Shown here one piece after another: positions 1 to 7,482 of a DNA stretch of 20,000 nt (within the stretch, counting starts at the first letter, position 1; the number at the start of each line of letters is the position of its first letter). This DNA comes from an uncultured virus (IMG/VR IMGVR_UViG_3300046050_000015). Taxonomy: Duplodnaviria; Heunggongvirae; Uroviricota; Caudoviricetes. The stretch lies in the IMG/VR virus record IMGVR_UViG_3300046050_000015. One strand, given 5' to 3'. The notes under the pieces were generated by a model. The model did no database searches. It saw only the letters and a list, made by a program, of their open reading frames with translations, and was not told the origin of the DNA. Both the position numbers and the translations under genes were made by a program.

Positions 1-665
1 CGCAAAATCTCCACAACCTTCCCGAGCACGTCGGACAGTTTCCGACTTACCGCGTCTTCGGTCTCGTTCGTATGAGGCGTCAGGGGCTCTCCACCATAAT
101 GCTTGGTTAGGCGCCGTTGATACAACCGCTCTTCTTCACTTTGGTCCTTATTCCCTCGGAAGGCGAGCGGCACGTTGTACCGACTCAGAATACTAGCAAT
201 CGTTTTAGCCTTACTCAGGTCCACCAGCTTTGCCCGTCCCAACGAAATAATCTTGAGGAGGTTCCCCATGCCCATCATGTCGATATCGTTCTTGCACCAG
301 TGCTCGGGTCCATCATCTTTCCACGTCAACCCTCGAAGTGCCTCTTTCACGTTTTCGTTGTTGTCGTTAACTTCCACGTCCCCCTTATACTTCCCGTAGA
401 GGCTCTTGGCGCAGAGGCTGTGAATGGTTCGGGCTTCGGCGTGGTCCGGCAACTTCTCATCGAGTTCATCTGAAATGTTCCGGTTGAACGCCAGGAAGAT
501 AACCTCTTGGTTTTCAGGCAATCGTTCGGCGGCCTCAATCGCGGTCGTGGTCTTGCCACTGCCGCTGACGGCGTTCACGATAACGTGTTTGTCTGTGTTT
601 TCGATAACGGAGAAAATGTCGGTTTGTTCGTCGGTCCATTCCCACCCGAGTTTGGCTTGCCTCAT
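1..665 (-). CDS. Superfamily 1 (UvrD/Rep-like) DNA helicase, N-terminal part, runs off the window
   Basis: Not in the ORF track. Manual translation from ATG at 665: MRQAKLGWEWTDEQTDIFSVIENTDKHVIVNAVSGSGKTTTAIE...VIFLAFNRNISDELDEKL...ARTIHSLC. This shows the Q-motif, Walker A (AVSGSGKT), motif Ia (LAFNR) and TIHS. ATGA overlap with the upstream gene. Confidence 0.9.
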   Translation of the reverse strand, partial: MRQAKLGWEWTDEQTDIFSVIENTDKHVIVNAVSGSGKTTTAIEAAERLPENQEVIFLAFNRNISDELDEKLPDHAEARTIHSLCAKSLYGKYKGDVEVNDNNENVKEALRGLTWKDDGPEHWCKNDIDMMGMGNLLKIISLGRAKLVDLSKAKTIASILSRYNVPLAFRGNKDQSEEERLYQRRLTKHYGGEPLTPHTNETEDAVSRKLSDVLGKVVEIL

Positions 666-1057
666 TCCTCACCCTCCGCGTCGTTGACCCGCTGCTCCAA
701 CTCAGCCAGTTTCTCCGCGTAGATGTCAGTGTACATCATACCCTCCTCGGTGAAGATTTCTTCCATTTGTTGCAGCATGAGCTGAACGTCGACAATCTCA
801 CCCAGTACCTCTTCTTTCCCAGTTTTGCCCCTCCGATAGTGCTGGATAGCGGTCATGAGTTCGCCCATTTCTTCGTACAGCATCCCAATCTGAGCCTCTT
901 CACCCCATGCTTCGATGGCACGTTGCTCCAATTTCATGTCTGGTTCCATGTTGTCGTTGAGTTTGATTTGAAACTCTGTCGTAAATGTTGGAGCGTGGAT
1001 GCTCTCGTCGTGAATGTCACTCTCACTATCGCCGGGTGGAAGTTCTTTCCAGTTCAA
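662..1057 (-). CDS. MazG-like nucleoside triphosphate pyrophosphohydrolase
   Basis: AIEAWGEEAQIGMLYEEMGELMTAI...EEVLGEIVDVQLML has the MazG EExxE...ExxD acidic pattern. The TTG start overlaps the upstream stop; a later ATG start is possible. Confidence 0.8.
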   Translation of the reverse strand: MNWKELPPGDSESDIHDESIHAPTFTTEFQIKLNDNMEPDMKLEQRAIEAWGEEAQIGMLYEEMGELMTAIQHYRRGKTGKEEVLGEIVDVQLMLQQMEEIFTEEGMMYTDIYAEKLAELEQRVNDAEGEE

Positions 1058-1476
1058 ATGTCTCCCCCCGTTGCTCGCACGGCTGCCATCACAATCGTTT
1101 CGGCAACGTGTTCATTGTCTTCCATGGCGAGCCATTTCGCCAATCGGCTAAACGTTGACGTATTACTGAACTCACCCGACTTGGGCGTAGGGACGAGTTC
1201 CTTGAATTCTTCCACCCACCCGGACCCAACTTCCTTGGCGAGGTTGAGAGCGTCGTGGAGACTGTTCACGTAGTCGGGGGTGTAGTGACCCATATGAACC
1301 TCGGGCTCGGGCCAAGCATCATCCCGGCTGTAGATGTACGTCCAACACTCTTCGCACATCACGGGGTCCATGTCGTCGACCGGATGCCCGAACTCTCCAC
1401 CACAGGGTTCCTTTCGAAGAACGAAGATTTCGGCGTAGGCGTTCTTTTCTAAGTCGCTAAGTTCTGCCCAGTTCAT
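1054..1476 (-). CDS. Hypothetical protein, possibly phage ABA-sandwich-like, with Cys-rich insert
   Basis: PDYVNSLHDALNLAKEV and AETIVMAAVRATG resemble ABA-sandwich motifs. Start placed at ATG 1476 because of the TGATG overlap. Confidence 0.55.
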   Translation of the reverse strand: MNWAELSDLEKNAYAEIFVLRKEPCGGEFGHPVDDMDPVMCEECWTYIYSRDDAWPEPEVHMGHYTPDYVNSLHDALNLAKEVGSGWVEEFKELVPTPKSGEFSNTSTFSRLAKWLAMEDNEHVAETIVMAAVRATGGDI

Positions 1477-1595
1477 CAGCATGCACCCCCGTAAATAGAC
1501 ATGAATACTGCGGTTACTGCCAGCATACTTGCACCGATGGCGAACACCAGCATACTCCCCCCGATGATGAGGATAGCTTCCTTAACTCCGCTCAT
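1476..1595 (-). CDS. Small single-pass membrane protein (39 aa)
   Basis: MSGVKEAILIIGGSMLVFAIGASMLAVTAVFMSIYGGAC; exactly fills the gap, with TGATG overlaps at both ends. Confidence 0.7.
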   Translation of the reverse strand: MSGVKEAILIIGGSMLVFAIGASMLAVTAVFMSIYGGAC

Positions 1596-1831
1596 CAGTT
1601 ATCCAGGCTCCGTAATTGCTTGCGGGTCGTCCCGGGGTCGTAGTCGCTCCATTCGGCGTGTTCGTGGATGATGTCGAATACTTCATCTTCACTGTACCCG
1701 ATGAAGTTGAGGAGGAAGCCCCCGAACCAGCAGCGGTCGCTGTGACCGGCGTCGGGGTCCTTGAGCACCTCCCCCAACTCTTCACGCTTTTGGGCGCTTT
1801 TGACTTTCGAGAAGACTCGCTTGGTATTCAT
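1595..1831 (-). CDS. Stand-alone primase large-subunit C-terminal (PriL-CTD/PriX-like) helical domain protein
   Basis: GHSDRCWFGGFLLNFIGYSEDEVFDIIHEHAEWSDYDPGTTRKQLRSL matches the PriL-CTD pattern HxxR...FL..iG...e....f....D(Y/F)d...TryQ; lies in the helicase operon. Confidence 0.55.
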   Translation of the reverse strand: MNTKRVFSKVKSAQKREELGEVLKDPDAGHSDRCWFGGFLLNFIGYSEDEVFDIIHEHAEWSDYDPGTTRKQLRSLDN

Positions 1832-1864
1832 CAACCCACGAAGCGACCTAACATGTGAAAAGAG

Positions 1865-1999
1865 TTATGGTTCTAAGTGCTCCATGCACCGAATCTTTCC
1901 CCTGTCGTCCCGGCGCTCGTCGTCGACACAAACAACGACCTGCTTCCCGCAAATCGCACATCCCACTTTCCGATTCTTGAAATCCAAAAGTGATGCCAT
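1865..1999 (-). CDS. Small zinc-finger protein (44 aa)
   Basis: MASLLDFKNRKVGCAICGKQVVVCVDDERRDDRGKIRCMEHLEP has CxxC...CxxH; TATA box about 22-30 nt upstream. Confidence 0.65.
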   Translation of the reverse strand: MASLLDFKNRKVGCAICGKQVVVCVDDERRDDRGKIRCMEHLEP

Positions 2000-2020
2000 A
2001 TCGGTAATCTGTGTTTTCCC

Positions 2021-2034
2021 TTATATATTTTCTT
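2021..2034 (-). promoter_or_regulatory. Archaeal promoter (BRE+TATA) for the leftward block
   Basis: Minus strand reads GAAAATATATAAGGG...TACCGATATG, ending at ATG 1999. Confidence 0.7.
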
Positions 2035-2042
2035 CGCAGAAA

Positions 2043-2060
2043 ACCAAACCTTTATATAAG
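2043..2060 (+). promoter_or_regulatory. Archaeal promoter for the rightward block
   Basis: ACCAAACCTTTATATAAG; TATA begins 34 nt before ATG 2085. Confidence 0.75.
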
Positions 2061-2084
2061 CTTTCCGTAAGACTTAACCCTGTA

Positions 2085-2336
2085 ATGAGCGCAGAACTGG
2101 TAGCCGGCCTCGTGTACGGGCTCGCCGCACTCCTCGTCAACGCCGGAGACAACACCGGCAACAGCATTGGTGCCCTAACTGTCGTCGCGGCCCTCACGTT
2201 CTACACCGGTCAATACCTCGGGGGTGCCTGGTACCATTACCTCATCCCCGCGGGCTCCCTCATCATCGGTAGCATCGTAGCGGTGACCCTCTCCACCGAG
2301 ACCCAGGATGAAGCGCCCACGGAGTCGGTAACATAA
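2085..2336 (+). CDS. Small multi-pass membrane protein (83 aa)
   Basis: MSAELVAGLVYGLAALLV... with about 3 hydrophobic segments and an acidic tail; start set by the promoter, not the track's 1761. Confidence 0.75.
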   Translation: MSAELVAGLVYGLAALLVNAGDNTGNSIGALTVVAALTFYTGQYLGGAWYHYLIPAGSLIIGSIVAVTLSTETQDEAPTESVT

Positions 2337-2782
2337 TGGGAGACCCGACAAGTGCAAGGATGAAGAACGGTCAAGTTCACTTCAAATGCCCCACATGCGC
2401 CATTGACCTTACGGTAAAGGACAAGGCGCGCGAGGGCAATCACACCGTCACATTGACGAGCTTCGGGGTTACGGTTGACCCACAATGGGTATGCCCCGAG
2501 TGCGGCTTAGTGGGCAAAATCCGCAACGACGACCTGAAAAGCGTTGACCGTCGCAGCATTCCGCCCGGCGACTACCAACCCGCCGAATTGAGCAACGGCA
2601 CTCGGGCGTTCGCCGTTCGGGTCGACGTGGAAGAACAAGACGAAGACCCCGAAGCTTACCCTGACAAGGACGACTGCCCCGACAACGCCAAGCACGGCTA
2701 TTATGGTCGCGTCGGTGAGCGTTGTCCAACCTGTTACACTGATTTCTCGGAGGATAACAATGCCAACGAAGGACGAGATTAA
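2336..2782 (+). CDS. Zinc-ribbon protein (CPxCG-type)
   Basis: CPTC, CPECG, C-x5-H and CPTC motifs; TAATG overlap with the previous gene. Confidence 0.75.
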   Translation: MGDPTSARMKNGQVHFKCPTCAIDLTVKDKAREGNHTVTLTSFGVTVDPQWVCPECGLVGKIRNDDLKSVDRRSIPPGDYQPAELSNGTRAFAVRVDVEEQDEDPEAYPDKDDCPDNAKHGYYGRVGERCPTCYTDFSEDNNANEGRD

Positions 2783-3038
2783 GCAAGAACGAGACGAGCT
2801 ACGGAACCGCGTCGACGAGCTTGAGGAAGACCTCACTGAAGCCGAGATGGAGCGAGACTACCTCCGCGAATGTGTCAACATCGCCGAAGACGTGATTGAC
2901 ACCCTCGGCGACGAAGTAGAGGGCGTGGTCGAAACGTACAACGATAAGGTGGAACTCAAGCAAACCCGTCAACAGCGCGCCGCTCGGGCCGTCGAGGAAG
3001 AGCACAATGACTCCGACCCTGAGTCGGACGCAACATAA
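2760..3038 (+). CDS. Acidic coiled-coil hypothetical protein
   Basis: MPTKDEIKQERDELRNRVDELEEDLTEAEMERDYLRE heptad pattern; GGAGG upstream of ATG 2760. Confidence 0.7.
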   Translation: MPTKDEIKQERDELRNRVDELEEDLTEAEMERDYLRECVNIAEDVIDTLGDEVEGVVETYNDKVELKQTRQQRAARAVEEEHNDSDPESDAT

Positions 3039-3132
3039 TCTACACGAAACCCCAAACAACACCGTCACCGTGTTGGTGATGAAGGTTCAAGGGGGCGCGG
3101 TGAACATGAAGATGTGGACGGCTCACTGGACC

Positions 3133-3471
3133 ATGAGTGACAACATCGAAACATTGCAACGCTTAAACGAAAGACTGGACGGAGAAAACTCCAGCCTCGA
3201 CGGTATCCAGAACGCCTGGAGTGCGGACTACCGCAACAGTGAAGAGAACACCTTCACGCTGGCCTCCAGCCTGGGATGCAAAATCTGTCAACAGTACCAC
3301 CAAAACCCCACGGTTCATTCATTAGAGTTCCCCCTACGCATCGACGGCAAGACCTACGAGTATTACACTGTCTGTCCGCAGGCCGAAGAACCCCTCTTCC
3401 TCACCGAAGACGCCTCCTATCCACGCATGCAAGATGTTGACCCCGAAGACATCCCGGACCAAGAAAGCTGA
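3133..3471 (+). CDS. Hypothetical protein, possibly metal-binding (CxxC..H..C); start uncertain
   Basis: Acidic ORF beginning MSDNIETLQRL; in-frame upstream ATGs at 3079 and 3106 are possible. Confidence 0.6.
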   Translation: MSDNIETLQRLNERLDGENSSLDGIQNAWSADYRNSEENTFTLASSLGCKICQQYHQNPTVHSLEFPLRIDGKTYEYYTVCPQAEEPLFLTEDASYPRMQDVDPEDIPDQES

Positions 3472-3484
3472 CAAGGCTTTAAGA
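3471..3484 (+). promoter_or_regulatory. Promoter of the portal gene
   Basis: ACAAGGCTTTAAGA; TTTAAG begins 32 nt before ATG 3510. Confidence 0.55.
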
Positions 3485-3509
3485 ACCACAAAATTGAAAC
3501 GATAGACCA

Positions 3510-5018
3510 ATGGACTCTCAGCGGTTACCAGTCAACAATCAACGTTTCCTACTCCCTGACGCCCAAAGCGCGGCGCAATTCCTCAGCTTTTACGAGGACG
3601 ACCGCAGAGAGGATGCCGCTGAGATGGCTAGTGCCGCGTTCGCCGGGAACAGTCTAGCCAACACGCGTGTCGAGGACCAACTCAGCAACCTCGGTGGCCA
3701 ACGCTCCTTCCGCAGTCGATTCAAAAAGGAGCAACACATTTACGGCAATCAGGAAACCGTGTGGGACCTGGACCTGGAGTATCTCCACAATCGTGACCCC
3801 ACGGTTCGAGCCATTAACCACCGACCCGCCGAAGACACCTGGTACCGGCTCCCCGAAACGAGTGTAGAGTCTATCGACGAATGGTTCACCCGCCTCATGA
3901 GGATGAAATACCATACCAAGGCCATCAGTGCCGATGCGCTCGGGCGGGCCTATGGGGGCGCGTTCCTATACATCAACGCCTCCGGTGACGTGAGCGAAGA
4001 GATTCCGAGACGAGGTGGAGAGATTCATGGTTTCACTGTTATTCATCCTCTATTGGTTGCTGACGATAGCGTGGAGTGGGATAACTCGGGTCGCCGCATT
4101 TATAAACAACATGGCATCAAGAGCATTCGACTCAATGCGAAACTTCTTCGCGGCGACGAAAACATCGGTTCTGAGGGTTCACGAGCCCGAACCAAACCCA
4201 TCGACGGTTCACGCCTCATCCACTTCAGCCCCGATGCTTCGACCGAGCACTGGCGAGGCAAACCCAAGATACTGCCTGCATTCGACACCATCAACGACCT
4301 CCGTGACATTATCTATGGGCAGACGAAGCAACAGTTCGAGGGTTCACCAATCGCTATCACTATCACTGAACCCGAGCAATTCGCCCTCGACGCCGAAAGC
4401 GAAGAACAACTAGAACAAGACATTCAACGCTTCGTTTCCGGTGGCGGTCAATTCTTCAGCCCCGTCAAGGGAGCCACGGTTCAGCGCGTCGGTGACCATG
4501 GTCTCGCCGACCCCGAGACGGCTCTCCACACGGTTGCTTCCCGGATTGCTCAAGACGTTGAGTTGCCCAAACAAATGATTCTGGCGACCGCGGGCAACGA
4601 CCAGGCTATCGATGAATCGACCGCCATGACCTACTCTTCACGCATCGCTGTCCGCCGCAACCGGTTCGCGTTCCCGATTCTTCAACACCTCACCCTTCTG
4701 GGTCAATGGGTTCGAGACATTCCCGCCACCGAGCAATTGCCCCTCGACCTCGACTGGCCGAGCCTTCGCATGATGAGTGCTCGTGAACGAGCTTACGTTC
4801 GCCGCACGAACTCGATGGCGCTGGACGTGGCTGAGAAATGGAACCGGGGCGTTGACAAGGAGGTCGAGGAAATGTTCCCCCAAGACGGGGGCTCCAATAT
4901 TGAGTCCCGCAAACCCGACCAAGACAACTCATCCGATGGTGAAGAGATGGATTCCTTCGACATGGAGATTCTTCACCGCCTTGACCGCATCGACCGAGAA
5001 TTGGAGGACCTACAATGA
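3510..5018 (+). CDS. Portal protein (DUF1073-like)
   Basis: 502 aa; RAINHRPAEDTW, GRAYGGAFLYI, DGSRLIHF, WRGKPKILPAFDTINDL, RIAQDVELPKQMIL and LDWPSL follow the DUF1073-type portal layout; first gene of the head module. Confidence 0.85.
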   Translation: MDSQRLPVNNQRFLLPDAQSAAQFLSFYEDDRREDAAEMASAAFAGNSLANTRVEDQLSNLGGQRSFRSRFKKEQHIYGNQETVWDLDLEYLHNRDPTVRAINHRPAEDTWYRLPETSVESIDEWFTRLMRMKYHTKAISADALGRAYGGAFLYINASGDVSEEIPRRGGEIHGFTVIHPLLVADDSVEWDNSGRRIYKQHGIKSIRLNAKLLRGDENIGSEGSRARTKPIDGSRLIHFSPDASTEHWRGKPKILPAFDTINDLRDIIYGQTKQQFEGSPIAITITEPEQFALDAESEEQLEQDIQRFVSGGGQFFSPVKGATVQRVGDHGLADPETALHTVASRIAQDVELPKQMILATAGNDQAIDESTAMTYSSRIAVRRNRFAFPILQHLTLLGQWVRDIPATEQLPLDLDWPSLRMMSARERAYVRRTNSMALDVAEKWNRGVDKEVEEMFPQDGGSNIESRKPDQDNSSDGEEMDSFDMEILHRLDRIDRELEDLQ

Positions 5019-5134
5019 CGACCGTGGACGAAAGCGAAGAAGGAGACCTTGTGTACGAGAACGGGAAAATCCTTGACGCGAAGACCGGTGAGGAGTTAAC
5101 CCGCGAAGAGATGCAAGAGCGAGCGAATCGCTAG
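5015..5134 (+). CDS. Small acidic protein (39 aa)
   Basis: MTTVDESEEGDLVYENGKILDAKTGEELTREEMQERANR; ATGA overlap with the portal stop; GGAGG upstream. Confidence 0.65.
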   Translation: MTTVDESEEGDLVYENGKILDAKTGEELTREEMQERANR

Positions 5135-5140
5135 CTTGCC

Positions 5141-5166
5141 TTTATAAACCTTGATAGTGGAGATTG
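5141..5166 (+). promoter_or_regulatory. Promoter of the protease-scaffold gene, with TGGAGATTG element
   Basis: TTTATAAA begins 32 nt before ATG 5173; TGGAGATTG at 5158-5166. Confidence 0.7.
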
Positions 5167-5172
5167 AGGATA

Positions 5173-6927
5173 ATGCCCGACGACATTCCTTCCCGGGTTG
5201 CGATTGCTGGCGGAGCCTTCAACACGTCCGTTCCCGGTAACGGCATGTGGTTCCAGCACGAACACATCGAAGACCTGGCCGAACAAATGGCTAGCGGTGG
5301 AGAGTTCGTCGCGAACCACGACCGAGAGATTGATGCTCTCGCTGGACTCGTCAAGGAGACCGAAGTCCTCGAAGATGTTACCCAGGACGACTTCGACCTT
5401 TCCGAGGAAAAGTTCGACGTTTGGGACGACGGCGGGAAACTCATCCAGTACAAGGCCGAACTTGAAGATGGGTTTCCGTCCTTCGACAAGGTAGCCGAAT
5501 CCATCCTTGTTCGTCAAGAGAAGGGTCTAACGCCGCACGTTTCGATGAGCATCGTCGGTGATGGGCTTGAATTCGACAGTGACAAGGGCTTCATTCTCGA
5601 AGGACCATACCGCTTCATTCACCTTGGCCACGTCGACAGCGGTGCACAGACCCCCGAGGAAGGCGTGGGCATCATGGATGTCGCCACGGACGACAGCGAA
5701 CTTACGATGATGTTCGACGAGGAGCCCGAGGTTGAGTTCAACGACGACGTACAACGCATGGGTTCCCGTGTTGCCCGCATGCCTGCCGAGATGTCCGTCC
5801 ACGTCGAAAACATGGACAACCTGATTCAAGAATTCAACGCCACGCACGAGATGAATTTCGAGGACGGGATGCTCAAGACCCGTCTCATGAATCTCAACCA
5901 TCCCGAACTCGTCGAAGAGAAGATGGAAGAAGAAAATTTCGGCGACGACCTCATGGACCTCACCGTTGACCAAATCGATGAACTGGTCGCAGAAGTCGAA
6001 GAAGGCCTCAACGAAGAGGTCGGGGAAACTCCCGAAGAGAACCTCGACGAAGGGTCCGACAAGCCCACGACTGGCGAGAAGAGGGTGCGTGATAGTCCCG
6101 ATGTTGGGGCGTACAGTGACTTCTCCGAGGCCGAAGGCGTAGGCAAAGGCCCTGGCTCCAGCTCTACATTACCCAATACTGAACTCCACGCAGAAACCGG
6201 TGACTCCGACTCCATGGCGGCTGACGCCAAGGAAGGCCTCGACGAGAAGATGGAAGACGTGCTACATGCCCCCAATTCTCAACTCGGTTCTAGTTCCAAT
6301 TCATCTTCAGGACCAATTACGCCCGAAAACGCTTCTGAAGTCTTAAGTAAGGCGAATACAGAAGAACGTCCTGAAGAACAACTAGGTGACATGACCTTGA
6401 GTTCTGAAACTACCGACGACGCCGACCTCGATGAAGCAGACGTGGAGGAGCTAGACGAATCCACTGCTGTGGAAGCCGAGGAGTCTCCCGAGGCCGCAGA
6501 GGCTGAGGTCGAGACTGAGGCAGAGGCCGCCGAGGCCGACGCTGATGTTGAAGCCGACGCCGAGGCCTCCGAGGACGGCGACGACCTCCCCAAGGAGGAA
6601 CTGAAGCGCGAACTTGCGCGAGAGCGCGAAGAGCGCCAGGACCTCGAACGGAAGGTCGACGTTCTCTTCTCCGAATACCAGGACGAGAAGGAACAACGCC
6701 TCGAACGACTCCGTGACGACCTCATGGTCGAGCACGGCGTCTCCGAAGAGACCCTTCAAACGTTCAACTCCGAGACACAGCTTGAAGCCCTAAAGGCCGA
6801 GCTTGAATCTCGTGAGACGAACGACCTTGGCATTGTGGAAGTCGAGCAAGGCCACGACGACAACGATAGCGAGTTCGAGCAATGGCGAGAGGAAACTCTC
6901 AGCGACGGACCGCTAGGTGATGTATGA
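5173..6927 (+). CDS. Prohead protease fused to acidic scaffolding region
   Basis: N-terminal FVANHDREIDALAG (His), HVSMS (Ser) and FIHLGHVDSGA resemble DUF2213/HK97-type proteases; long acidic linker; C-terminal coiled coil; sits between portal and capsid. Confidence 0.8.
   Translation: MPDDIPSRVAIAGGAFNTSVPGNGMWFQHEHIEDLAEQMASGGEFVANHDREIDALAGLVKETEVLEDVTQDDFDLSEEKFDVWDDGGKLIQYKAELEDGFPSFDKVAESILVRQEKGLTPHVSMSIVGDGLEFDSDKGFILEGPYRFIHLGHVDSGAQTPEEGVGIMDVATDDSELTMMFDEEPEVEFNDDVQRMGSRVARMPAEMSVHVENMDNLIQEFNATHEMNFEDGMLKTRLMNLNHPELVEEKMEEENFGDDLMDLTVDQIDELVAEVEEGLNEEVGETPEENLDEGSDKPTTGEKRVRDSPDVGAYSDFSEAEGVGKGPGSSSTLPNTELHAETGDSDSMAADAKEGLDEKMEDVLHAPNSQLGSSSNSSSGPITPENASEVLSKANTEERPEEQLGDMTLSSETTDDADLDEADVEELDESTAVEAEESPEAAEAEVETEAEAAEADADVEADAEASEDGDDLPKEELKRELAREREERQDLERKVDVLFSEYQDEKEQRLERLRDDLMVEHGVSEETLQTFNSETQLEALKAELESRETNDLGIVEVEQGHDDNDSEFEQWREETLSDGPLGDV
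6391..6927 (+). CDS. Putative nested in-frame scaffolding protein
   Basis: CTAGGTGA SD-like site directly before in-frame ATG 6391 and TTG 6397; TATA-like CTTAAGTA at about 6342. Confidence 0.5.
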   Translation: MTLSSETTDDADLDEADVEELDESTAVEAEESPEAAEAEVETEAEAAEADADVEADAEASEDGDDLPKEELKRELAREREERQDLERKVDVLFSEYQDEKEQRLERLRDDLMVEHGVSEETLQTFNSETQLEALKAELESRETNDLGIVEVEQGHDDNDSEFEQWREETLSDGPLGDV

Positions 6928-7457
6928 TGTCCACGACAGTAGACGATATTAACGACCAGCCGACCGTCACCCGCAACGAGGTAGACGCGCACGGCATGGT
7001 GTTTGTTAGCGGGCCAAGCCGTATCGACGAAGGCGTTGCCGACAATGCCGTTACCCCGGGTGCTCTTCTTGTGGCGGGAGCCACGGGCGAGGAGTACGTC
7101 GACGAGACTAGCGGTGTTGACGCCAACGTCATCGCATACGCACTTGAGAACGACTGGCAAAAGGTCGACCCCGAGGCTGCTGCCGCCGACGACACCCCCT
7201 ATTACAACGATTTCTCCGCGGACGAGCACGTTCCCTACAACAAGGCGACCGATTCCGAGTTCAAGGGAATGCTTGCCGCCGGCGAGAACGTGAGTAAGGG
7301 CGATAACCTGGTTCCCGCTTCTGGTGGGGAGCTTCAGGCCTACGACTCCGGTGCCGCCAACCACACCCCGGACGACATCGTTGCCCAGGCACAAGAAGAC
7401 CTGGACAACAGCGGCTCCACTGAGACGGCTCGGCTTCACGCCAAGTTCCAACCCTAA
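6924..7457 (+). CDS. Capsid cement/decoration protein
   Basis: 177 aa directly before the MCP; ADNAVTPGALL...LAAGENVSKGDNLVPASGGEL...IVAQAQEDLD resembles beta-tulip/DUF2190-like cement proteins; SD AGGTGA. Confidence 0.7.
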   Translation: MMSTTVDDINDQPTVTRNEVDAHGMVFVSGPSRIDEGVADNAVTPGALLVAGATGEEYVDETSGVDANVIAYALENDWQKVDPEAAAADDTPYYNDFSADEHVPYNKATDSEFKGMLAAGENVSKGDNLVPASGGELQAYDSGAANHTPDDIVAQAQEDLDNSGSTETARLHAKFQP

Positions 7458-7482
7458 CGTAAACTAACGAGGTAACAAAACA

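Noticed and set aside
117..1858. Plus-strand ORFs in the track (117-473, 424-687, 767-1273, 1616-1858 and others)
   Set aside because: Antisense shadows of a tightly coupled minus-strand operon with recognisable motifs
1761..2084. N-terminal extension of the 191-aa ORF
   Set aside because: It crosses the divergent promoter and minus-strand genes; ATG 2085 fits the TATA spacing
3075..3132. C/D-box sRNA or tRNA fragment (GTGATGA, ATGAAGA, GGTTCAA)
   Set aside because: No canonical CTGA D boxes and no cloverleaf
3510..5018. Anti-CBASS Acb1 label often attached to DUF1073 proteins
   Set aside because: Size, motifs and position fit a portal; I saw no paired HxT/S 2H-phosphoesterase domain
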